DNA of 61,365 bases, the filler included, from Ionaspis alba (lineage: Eukaryota), in the NCBI GenBank assembly GCA_964255285.1. It is 5 parts of 5 records of this genome, joined end to end, with 100 filler letters (N's around TTAATTAATTAA, not from the genome) between each part and the next. Parts side by side here need not be neighbours in the genome. Positions count along the whole stretch, not along the records: positions 49,218 to 61,365 come from CAXUUL010000526.1; 4 more parts are not named here. One strand, written 5' to 3'. The notes under the pieces were generated by a model that was not told the origin of the DNA, searched no databases, and was given only the letters and a program-made list of their open reading frames with translations. The translations under genes were made by a program, and so were the position numbers. Positions within the stretch are counted from its first letter, which is position 1; each line of letters opens with the position of its first letter. This document shows positions 51,199 through 61,365 of this stretch, one piece after another.

Positions 51199-51356
51199 GA
51201 GCTCGACAAGTAGACATGCACCCTAAGGAGGTCAGTCAATACAAGGAGCACACAAGTCTTCTGGGAAACATTGCAATGGTAGAGCAGGGCTAAGAGCAAG
51301 GCTGAGCTCGACAAGTAGACATACACTCCGGTGGAGTCAGTCGATACATGGAGCAC
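51199..51356. repeat. Two imperfect 53-nt direct repeats (51199-51251 and 51304-51356)
   Basis: GAGCTCGACAAGTAGACAT...TCAGTCRATACAWGGAGCAC; 43 of 53 positions identical by manual alignment. Confidence 0.9.
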
Positions 51357-51651
51357 CTAACCGAGTTCGTGCAGGGTGTTCAAGAATAGAAGGCGATGTG
51401 ACTTGGTAGCAGGTACGATTCAGAATAAAGTATAGCTGGTGGCCGAGGAGGTGTAATTTGGGATAGTTGGTGTTCATCGAAGACGTTACGACAAAGTAAA
51501 GTATGTAGACTCAGACATAGAGAGTCTCGATAGCAAGTGTAACATGGGTTCAAGAGAGTGTCCCAGGTCGTGGCGAAGTGTGTCGAGGTAGGTTTGGTAT
51601 GGAAACGACGGGCGTCCCAGAACGAATCCGCTTAGGGAGATGAGGCAAAGA

Positions 51652-53006
51652 TCAAAGGCGTAGAGCATCCTCGTCAGCTTCAATTGCTGCAGCAAGAACA
51701 TCATCGAAAGTCTCCTGAGGTTGTTGTTGTTCCAAAGGCTCAAGGGAAACATGGCGAAGAGATTGTTGATCATCGCCCTTGGCGCTTTCACTTTCCCAGA
51801 TCTCGATCTCCGCAGGGGGGATCTCTTGCTCAGCACTGGCAGCCTTGGCTTTCTTAGATGTTTCAAATTGAGCCAGAAGATCTTGCCAGCTCTCCTTGGA
51901 CTGTTCGGTAGTCTCAACGGTTGGGCCCTCAAGTGAAGTTGTATCTTTCTGCTCAGTTGTGGCACACACTTGCTCGTTTGCCGCATTGGAGTCCTTCTCG
52001 GCCGGTATGATCACATAGGACGAAGCATCACAGCCTGCGGCGTAAAACTCAGAAGCCTCCAGGTCTCCGAGGGGAGTACGAGGCTCATCGGTCATCATGT
52101 CCTTCCGTGAGACAGGCCGATGAGTAGTAGCGACAGGTGCAATGGATAGCGATGGGTGTTCAGACGGTGGGATATTCTCCTTGCCACGATCGTCTTTTTC
52201 AGCAACACGGCCCTCGTCATCAGAGATGTCGAGCGTTTGGGTGGAGAATTGCATCAGGTTGCCAAGTTCCTCATCGGGAGTGTCTTCATGGATATCGAAC
52301 AACCATCCCTTAGGTACGGACTCGTCCAATGTGGATACGGCAACGGGTTCCGGCTTGTGGGAAGGGACGGTGGCGGCGAGAGCGGCGTCGATGGAGAACG
52401 GAAGGCCATTAGAGAGACCGTAGGCTGGGGGATCAATACGAGTAAATGGGGACGAAGAAACCCGACGACGAGATAGAATTCCAACTCGTTTGCTTTTCGG
52501 AGAACGGCCTGCAGCTGCAGGCGCAGAATTTGGGCCGGTTACTTTCCGCGTCGAGCGAGCCGTTTCCAGGCGTCGAGGTGTTATGATGGGACGGGCGATG
52601 GATGCTGGAGCACTGTCGGCCTGCTTGAGAACGAAATGAGAGACTTTGGCCGGTTTGACGGGATAGCCAGCGAGGTTCTTGGCTTTCTTGGAAGGAGAAG
52701 CGAGAAGCGATGGGTCGACATTTTCAGAGTCGATGTCGTCAAAGCTGGGTGGAGAGTATCGACGTTTGACTGGTGAAGCCAGAGTCACAGGAAGAGCTGA
52801 GGACGCGTCAATTGATGTAATTATGAATTGGGATGTGATTCTATGCAGTGCATTATGGTTTTGTGATGGGTTATGGGCAAAATTGGTATGGATCTGCTCA
52901 TACCATTCTGTTTGTTCTTAAGATTTCCCAAGTTCCTGAGTCTCGCACCATCAAGGGAAGCGAAGGGCTGTCTCGCAGGAGACTGGTAGTGAGCGAGGGT
53001 GGCCAT
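51652..53006 (-). CDS. Hypothetical 415-aa disordered protein with ABBA, KEN and D-box motifs (Acm1-like candidate)
   Basis: Exon 1 (53006-52904), GT-AG intron (52903-52797) and exon 2 splice in frame. Motifs RQPFASL, FDIHEDT, GKENIPP, RTPLGDL and several S/T-P-x-K/R sites. Confidence 0.8.
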
Positions 53007-53675
53007 TCTGTAGACTTTGTCGATATCGAGGTCACGACTTCAAGGGCTCTGATGTGTATTGCAATTCCAGGTAGAAAGCCGATCGTGCAATAAAATACCA
53101 AATGTGTAAACAAGGTCTTCAACACACCCGTCAGCACACTCAACACCACCAGAGCCCACTCTCCACACAGAACAATCAATATGAATGTAGTTATGACCTG
53201 ATCAACGACGTATAACAATGACAATGAAGGAAAAAGAAGGCAATGGGATAGAGCTTAAGGTATATCCCTCGGAACCCAGGCCAAGCACTAGCGCAGCAAC
53301 GAACTTACTCGGCCAAGGAAGTGCAGGCGGAGAAGGAGCAATGAGAGGACAGGAAACACGACGAAAGTGCGTGGTGCTGATTCCCACTACTGCAGGCAGA
53401 AAGCCGTGGACGGAGCGCGACGAAGCGTGTGTTGTCGCTGGAAAGGGAGACCTTTAGCGTGCTGTGGGATGCCTTGCCGGTGTAAAGGCCTCTCGGGCGC
53501 AGGCACGATCTGCGTTGATTGAGGAGGACGGCGTCGAGGACGGAGAGTGGGATTGGATGCCTGAGAATCGAGGCTTGCACTGGCGTCGTTTGGATCAAGG
53601 GTGGAAAGGTGGGAAGGGTGGAAAGATGCAAGAACTACGCGCTGGGCAGGCCAAAGTGGGACATGCAAAGGTCAA

Positions 53676-53688
53676 ACGCGTGGCGCGT
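53676..53688. promoter_or_regulatory. Tandem MCB-like elements (ACGCGT, GCGCGT) upstream of the Acm1-like gene
   Basis: AAACGCGTGGCGCGTC lies about 670 nt upstream of ATG 53006 and matches the MBF consensus. Function is inferred. Confidence 0.45.
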
Positions 53689-54184
53689 CGTTGGTGTAAA
53701 GATGATGGTTGCCAAGGAAAATTGTGAGCTGCATAAACAATCCAGCCCCACCGGGTTCTTGCACACGCCTGCTACAGCATTATTTGTACAAGCATAGTCG
53801 ATCCCACTGCCCATTCTCATTCTATTGTAGCGTCAAGTGTTTGAAGCATAAAATTGGATGCCTCAGGTTGAACATGGGGATTAAGTCTGCGCGCGGCAAG
53901 CACAAGACATTGGTAGGGGCAAGGCTCTAACTGGAAACCTTCGTGTCTAACTTTTAACGGCCATCATTGCAATCTATGCTCTCAAGTGGCATATGGTCTC
54001 GTCCATCATACCTGAAGATTATGCAGCATCTATGTTCTATTTCCGATCCCTCTTTTCTGGTCTATCGAGGGCGCTTCGTTAAATATCTAGACTTGGTGCC
54101 CGCGGTCGACCTAAGAAAGGACAGTTTCATACTCCTACGTCGAAAGAACTCCCAGTGTCGTCCAACAGCAGATCCAGGTCGACG

Positions 54185-54284
54185 NNNNNNNNNNNNNNNN
54201 NNNNNNNNNNNNNNNNNNNNNNNNNNNNNNNNNNNNNNNNNNNNNNNNNNNNNNNNNNNNNNNNNNNNNNNNNNNNNNNNNNNN
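54185..54284. other. Within-scaffold assembly gap (100 N) with 55 nt duplicated on both flanks
   Basis: 54130-54184 is identical to 54285-54339. Confidence 0.95.
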
Positions 54285-55109
54285 TACTCCTACGTCGAAA
54301 GAACTCCCAGTGTCGTCCAACAGCAGATCCAGGTCGACGAAGGAAGGAGCGGGGGACGTGTTTCGTCGATGCTGCCAGCTCGTCCACGAGAGCATCCACG
54401 GCATTATACTTTGGGCTCGCCAGGGACTGTCGGTGATGGGACGGGTCAAAGTGACAAACTTTGGACAGATCTGCCTGCAACCTTATAGTCATGATAATAA
54501 GATGACGACCGCCGCGACGAGAATAGCCTTGTGGTCCTAGTTATATACTGCCTGACTTGTCGAGTCCGTAGATCGGTAGCGGCGCCGCTAGTAGGACTTA
54601 ATGAGTTCAGATTCAACGATATACAGATGTATCCTGCTAAGTTGAGTTGGTGAATTGCAGTGAGCATTGGAAACGGGTAGTCCACCTCAGCACATCGTCT
54701 CAGCGGACTAGGTCAAGTGGGAAGCTCGTCCACATGGGCAGGGGAAGACGAATACAAATGAGCACGACACTATAAATCATATTCTGTAGCCCATCATCCC
54801 GATGTCCATAATGATCAATGGGTTGTTTTCTTTGAGCCCTTCTTTTCATGGAATCATAAGTCATCGTAATGTAGACCCGATAGGAGTCAAGAATGTCAAG
54901 ACTCGACACAAGTCCCCGAAGCCCCACGGAGAGGCTCTTGTTTAGCGAGATACCGCAAGGACGTCAACAATCCCATCATGACGTCGCGCTATCACAACTT
55001 AAGGTATATTTACCTCGAAGTTATCCCTTCATCATGGTTACCACAAACTCCCTACCTCGTCACAGTACTTTTTTCTTGTACACATCCACCATCACAACCG
55101 TCGGCTACC

Positions 55110-55755
55110 ATGACATCCGCCGAAACCCTCCAAGACAAATACGAGATCCGTCCTGATCCGCAGTCCTTGACACACAATAAGGAAAACCCGAGCCAAAACT
55201 CCAAAACCGATGTAGACTACGAACCACATCCAGAGAAATCTATCTCCGTATCCCCAGAACATGAGAAGATTGTGAAAGCTATTACGAGCCTCTACAGCGG
55301 CAGTGCCAGTAAGGAGGACATGGAAGTTTATGCACCAGAAGCTATCTACGATGATCCGTGGAGCTACTGCGACACGAGGTATAAGATCGCTGGGCAGTGG
55401 TATGGTAAGGCATCTCTTTCGCTCCCCATAGCCCCCTCAATTTCATTTAGGCTAATCGCTATCAGGCATCCCCATGATAATGTCCAGCTCGAAAACCCTA
55501 GCCACCGAGATCGTATCTGACACGCCCACCGAGATCATCTATAAACAACGGCAGGAGTACAAGCCTAAATTATCACCGGCTGGGAAAGCGGTGAACAGCT
55601 TAGTGAGCTTGACGCTGGACGAGGCTGGGAAGGTGCGGTATCACAAGGATCAGTGGAATGAGAAGGATTATAGCCATGAAGGGCTTGGGAAGGTCATGAA
55701 GACGTTGAATGGAGATCATCTGACCAAGATTACACGGCCGCCAGGGGATTTGTAG
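55110..55755 (+). CDS. Conserved fungal hypothetical protein, probable NTF2/SnoaL-like fold
   Basis: YAPEAIYDDPWSYCDTRYKIAGQWYG|IP and VNSLVSLTLDEAGKVRYHKDQWN. Intron 55405-55465. Confidence 0.8.
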
Positions 55756-56282
55756 TGCAATTGGCTAGTAGCGGAGTCTAGGAGGAAGCATTGAGTGGCA
55801 TGCTGTGGAGAATAACGTTGCTTGATGGGAGTTCCATAGAGTAACGACACATGAAATGAAGGTCAAGTACGCTTGGGAATGTCCAGTTCATTTGAAACCA
55901 TTACTGGCTCCGTTCGCTGGGCAGGATATCCAAGAATCCCAAGTCTCACCTCTTCGGCGCTACAACACTGCCAGTTTCTTGGTTCACCAATTCTCCAATC
56001 CATAACCACCTCCGTTGCCATCGCTCTCTCTAGACTCTTCGTTTCCTTCCGCCTCATCATCGCCACGAAGCATTTAACTTCGTCCTTCCATATCCTTCAG
56101 TCCGGAGCTATAGAGCTCTACGCTCCCATATCTCAATCTGTGTCCATGTCTCCCGCACAATGAGACAGAAACTGCGGAGAAAAATGACCAGATGAATTTT
56201 GTTGATGTGTAACAACGATTGCTACAACCTTTCAACCGACATGTTCAGAGCTTAGGAGGTTCGCATTACCGTAAAATAAACA

Positions 56283-56890
56283 CTACGTCTCCTCCCAATC
56301 TCCGTCTTGCTCATCAGCCACTACCTCTGCCGCCAACTCCGCCCGCTCAAACACTCGTTCATCCACCAAATCCATTGTCTCTGGTGGAGTTGACTCTCTT
56401 CTTCGTTTCCGCATTCCCAATGGCATTGCTTCTGAAATGCCTTGCTTCACTTTTTGGAGTTGTTCTTCCGCTTCCACCTCTTCAAGGTACTGCGCGAGTT
56501 TTTCATACGGGATAATAACTTCTTCCTCGGCAGCCGCGAGTGGAAGGAGGTCTGGTGAAGGTAGAAAATATCTAAGTGGAAGCCGGAGCGTTTGTTGCGT
56601 AATTCGAGTCCCATCTGCCTGGCGAAATTCCTAACATCTTTGGCTTCACGCTGAAGGCGATGGGCCATTTTCTATACCTGGGACACAATCGTTCCATTAG
56701 CTGCAAGATACTCGCCGTCTTGATCTGAACCATAGCTCGGGTGCCATATTGACACTGTCGCCTTCTTGGTACCCCGGTAGTCGAGAGATATTCCAACGAC
56801 AGCCTTTATCTTACCGCTTGACTCGACAATATATTGATCTGCCAATTTTAGGAGATCTTTTCTTCCATTCTTCTTACTCTGCGCATAGGC
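56283..56890 (-). pseudogene. 5'-truncated remnant of a fungal PD-(D/E)XK restriction-endonuclease-like family gene
   Basis: AYAQ...KDLLKLADQYIVESSGKIKAVVGISLDYRGTKKATVSIWHP, a GT-AG intron (about 56677-56631), then EFRQADG...LRLPLR...RKRRRESTPPE...DGDWEET*. No ATG; similarity starts abruptly just downstream of TRK. Family assignment is from memory. Confidence 0.6.
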
Positions 56891-57118
56891 ATCGAAGGAA
56901 TCTCTGTTGACAACCGATATTATTACCACTTATCCATTCTGAACCATTCATAAGTGAAGGAGCATACGATGTATCATAGAGACTGCAAGGTCAAGTAAAG
57001 ATAAAAACAAGTTTGATTCATATATAAGATAAGCCATACAGGACACAAGTCTCCGAAACGCCACGCTAATGAACAAAATACATGATACAATCAAAGAGTA
57101 CAACCACGTCTAATATCA

Positions 57119-60118
57119 TTACACGACTTGTTCCATTTTGGGATCCTCAGTATGCCCAGTGTGCTGTGCTAATCCTGCCATCATCTTTCCCAATCCTCCC
57201 CTTGTATGGTGACCAGTCGTATGCGAATGGGTTTCTGCTATAACACCACCATCGGCACCTATCGAGATCGGCCTCAGGGGCGTTCCCCCGGCACTGAAGC
57301 CACTTGCGGTAGAGTTGCGGCGCTGCAGTCTCTTCGCCGCGTCCTCATCCTCTTTCTTATGAAGCGATTCGCTGGGAAGGAGGATTGCACGATCGAGCTC
57401 GTAAGGTAAGCCACGGTGACGACCTCGAATTTGCATAGCGATAATGACGAGTTTGGAGACGACACCGAACTCGGCCGAGAACGAGGCGTTGATCGTTGGG
57501 TAGCCGAGAGAGAGCCCGACGGTACCGTAGGCAGAGACGATCTCGAAAAGGCATGCTGGAAAGAAAGGGGAAGGTTAGTCGAGTACCAGGCAAGTAGAAA
57601 AGGGCTTTCTTTGGCGTACCAAACATAGAGAATGCAACGTCATTTGGGTCTTGAAGCCTGCTACCCTCGGCGATGGCAATGATGAAGAGTCCCAAGAAAA
57701 TGAACCAGAGATCGAAACTCAGCTGACGACGTAAGTGCGCGCCTACGTAGCTCGGTTCCTTCTCGTCCTCGTCCTCCTCAGGCTTCGAGCCATAGATTCC
57801 AAGACTCTTTTCTTCATACACGTTGGTACGGCGGACGGAAATGGCGATTGGGAAAACAGATATGTACATCATGATGAGATAGGAGACTTGAATACCAGGG
57901 TGTAATAGAGATAGATTCACCGCCGCAGTGCCAGCTGTGCGAGTTGAAGTTGCTTGAAACCACCCGTCGAGGATTCGGTAGCCCACGGGAATAGAGGTGA
58001 CAGCTGTGTCGTTGAGCTATGGGCAAGAATCAGTGGAAGGTCCAAGGTTCATGAGCGTGTAACCTACGTCGAGAATAATGAAGAGTACCAGATCAACACC
58101 ATTTAGCACAACCAGTATCCAGAAGAGCCACCAGGTAGCCGAGCTAGGGAAGAGTAAGGTGAAACATCGACGCGGATGGTCGAGAAGAAATTTGAACTCT
58201 TCCCAGATACCGCTTTCACGAGGGACGAGTCGCTCAAAGGCCCAAATGATAAAACGTAGCATGCAGGGGAATCCGGTGTTCCCAATGATGATCAGGAACG
58301 ATCCCAACAATAAGGGTAATACGGCTTGTTGGAAGGATATCATAGAATCAGGTGTAAGTGTGAAGCCGAGGTCGTTGAAAAGAGTTGCAGACGTGAATAT
58401 TCCCCTGTTAAGGCGTCAGCGATGGTAAAGAAGTCCGAAACGCAGAACATACCACCAGACACGATTTTGGCTCACAGCATCCACTACGGAACCCCAGGTG
58501 TCTGTGCGGACGATCCAAGGTACAAAAGTGATAACTCCAAAAAGGTGAATCAGGGTAAAGTAACCTATCGAGAGTTAGCTCATCAAACACAAAGCGCTGG
58601 ACCTAGGAGGCGAGAAACCTACAAACAAGTAAAACGGCCAGAGTCTTCAATGATCTATACTCAATACCACCTAGTTCTTCTCGCTGTTCTTCTGTGAGAT
58701 CAATAAAGGCAGAATTCCTTCCAATAGTAGGCTGCCAGCTCAAATAGGGCATGGGCTCCTTGTCTCGCGTCGTCGTTGGGCGGACACTGGAGAAGGAGCC
58801 GGCACGAGACCTCATTCGTCCTAGTGACGTTGGAGTCTTGTGAAAGGGCGATGTAGTTTTACTCTGGGTTGTGCCCGTCTTCCTGAACGTCAATCTTGAT
58901 AGATGAGAAGGCATCTTGTTGAGTCGGGGATGTTTTGGATTCGATTCGTCGATAGTGATATTCCGCTTTACAGCACGGTCACCACCATTGGGTGCCTCTC
59001 CATCCTCTTGATCCGTGTCGTGCTTAGCAAGATCGTTTTGATCAATTGAGCGAGTTCCTTCCAAATCGGAGTGACCTTCGTCGTTCAAAGTTTGGGGGAC
59101 GTCGCCTCTATCGAAGTCTCGTGGACCAGGTATTCGAAGAGTTCCTTTGTCCTTCGGATTGCGTTGATTCTCCAGAAAGGCGATGTGTTGTTCCGCACTC
59201 ATCTTTTGGGGCAAACGATCCATGGGAGTACTTGGACTACGCTCAAGCTCGTCCGCAAAGGTAATGTTACGATGAAACGAAGTAAGCTTTTGAGAAGATA
59301 GATCCAAAGGTGGAAGGTCCGAATCTTCATTACTGGATTCAGAGCTTTGCTTCTGTGCATCCGAAGAGTCGGAAGATGGTACAATCCGTGGATCCTTTTT
59401 CGGCCTCTCCAGGAATGGTGAGAGTCTGTTTGGTCCTATGGGATTTCCATCTTCGCGCAGCACGACGATATTTCTTCCGTTCACACCTTGCTCTTTCCCT
59501 CCAATATCCTTCTCGTCAATGGCCTGAGTATTCGTACGAGACCTGCTCCTTGTCCTCTTGAAGTTCCTAGCCTCTCTCACAACGTGCTGGAAGCGTTTCT
59601 CAAACCAGTAAAGGCGAACAAAGACAACAAATGTATTGATAAAGATGGGATTGGCGACCATTCCGATGAAGTATATGACAATCTGGCTCGTTTGTTAAGC
59701 CTTGGTATTTGTGCGAGCTCGAACAAATCCAACAACTGACCTGCTGGTACGTAGTAATCAGGTTGAGATCCTTACTGCACCATATGTTAACCATTGGATC
59801 GGTGTTACGGAGAGTGTTCTTACGTATTCAGACCGCTTTGAGTAGCTGCTCCACTGGCGAAGAACAATGCGTCAATGTATGCCAACCCTCCTGCCGGATA
59901 GAGCAGGATTGAGCCGACGACAGCAAGACCCATCAAATAAAGATCTGTAGTCCACATCTGAGTCAACATAACAGAAAGTGCGGGACAAAATCTGGTGACT
60001 CACAATGAATGGTGATGAAGCTCAAACGCCTCTTTTTGAATGGCGAACCCGGGTTATGGCCTCTAATCCAATTCCAGACGTCCATTGGAGGACCTAGTAT
60101 CATACCTCTGAGTACCAT
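57119..60118 (-). CDS. TRK1: Trk-family potassium transporter
   Basis: Pore loops ATQSGLNT, FNDLGFTLTPDSM, STRTAGT and AYGTVGLSLG. Also FVRLYWFEKRF, REELGGIEYRSLK, LDHPRRCFTLLF and IRGRHRGLP. Multiple introns. Confidence 0.94.
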
Positions 60119-60922
60119 GATGGCGACTTGTTAGGATTGGAGGGACTCTCGGGTCGCTGCTGGGCAGATCGATGATGTCGTGACGAGCGTTTCCCCCGTT
60201 TCTTCTCGCAGCTCGACCACTCCGGTTGGTAGAGTGGAGGCTAGAAGATGTTAACGTTGAAGATCCAACTGCCCTTGGGCTATCCAGTGAATCTCCATTG
60301 CGGTGGGATGTAGAGTAATGCTGAAAGACACATCAATCAGTCATGGAGATGTTGGTAGAAGAACCTGCAAAGTACAGTACAAGTAGGAGAATGCGAAAGA
60401 TCCTTGTCACTGCCACACAAATTGCCCGCAGCGGAAACGTGGAAGATTCCTCCGCAGGCTTGGCAGCCACAACAACGCAAACGGTAACGACCTTCACGTA
60501 AAGGTTAAGGTACTCTGCAGCGCATCGTCATAGCCATTTGTTATTGCACTTCTCTACTGGTTCTATGTGTTTCCCAGATTCCTCCGAGAGCCATGCTGAC
60601 TGGCCCTTTCGACGGAGTCTGCATCATTTTCTAGGATCCTGCGTATCAGTTCCGTTTTCCTTGTTGACTTTGGTAGCAACGTCATTGATGTCTAAACGGC
60701 CTCCTTGCCTGTCACAGACCTAGGATTTAGTAGTCTGGGATTCTCTATCAGCAACCACGTATATGGCTTCACCACGTGCAATAGCCATGTGCTCGTCTCT
60801 CCAGTCATTCTTTTGTGGTGTGCTGTACCTCAATGAACTGATCTGCTTGTTTTCAGAAAACATCAAGTATCTCACAACCAATGTGTATTTAAACCATTTC
60901 CAACCTGCTATAATAATAACAG

Positions 60923-61365
60923 GATGTGGAAGGCAGCAGCCCTACGAAAGAAGGATTCTATGAAGATCCAGCATCAACTCCATTTCCGACCTGCATAGCC
61001 ATGTTTCTCATCAAGGCCACTTTCCAAGTCAGATATGGCTCTCTTCTCTCTTTCGGGTTTGTGATGGCATTGGCTCGGAAAGAGGTATGCATGTTGAGCA
61101 TCCGCAAACTAACGGAAGAAGCACATCCGAGCCTCCTGCCACTGACCATGCCTCTGGAGCTCGACTGTCGAGTTGCACCCAACATTCCCAAGCAGGACAA
61201 GCCATACGAAGTAACCCACGAAGCTGAAATGCCTTGTGCGAGGAATTGCAGCACAGAAGGGAACATAGTGCTTTCCTCAAAGGAATGTTCGGAGCCACTC
61301 GACCCTTCGGCCACCGCCATCCTTTGGAAACGGCCGATTCTCAGAATCCCACATCGTCAACCACT
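60923..61365 (+). CDS. Possible coding exon running off the window end
   Basis: Stop-free frame of about 147 codons (DVEGSSPTKEGFYEDP...) after a possible ...TAACAG acceptor. No family recognised. Confidence 0.2.

Noticed and set aside
51199..51356. CRISPR-like repeat-spacer-repeat appearance
   Set aside because: Only two imperfect 53-nt copies, eukaryotic context and no cas genes; reported as a possible RNA element instead.
54130..54339. Exact 55-nt direct repeat flanking a 100-N gap
   Set aside because: Typical unmerged contig overlap; assembly artefact rather than a biological repeat.

Overview
Intron-rich filamentous ascomycete (Pezizomycotina) nuclear DNA. The window is not contiguous: four 100-nt N44-TTAATTAATTAA-N44 linkers join five scaffolds of decreasing length (12234, 12213, 12202, 12168, 12148 nt), so adjacency across linkers means nothing. 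It holds about 23 mostly housekeeping genes: NmrA-like, HAT2, XRN1, SPC3, NPY1, TIM50, RPN11, RPD3, RPL23, an M28 peptidase, a Clg1-like cyclin, LETM1-like, NAB3, PTH4, UTP6, CWH43, a class II glutamine amidotransferase, TRK and several hypotheticals. There are also three decayed genes (SDR, cytochrome P450, 5'-truncated nuclease-like). The best candidate for something new is the 415-aa hypothetical at 51652-53006. It has the ABBA-KEN-D-box order of the yeast APC/C-Cdh1 inhibitor Acm1, upstream MCB boxes, and a duplicated hairpin-forming element downstream. Gene identities come from recognising motifs by eye, not from database searches. No rRNA, tRNA, CRISPR array or intact transposon was seen.
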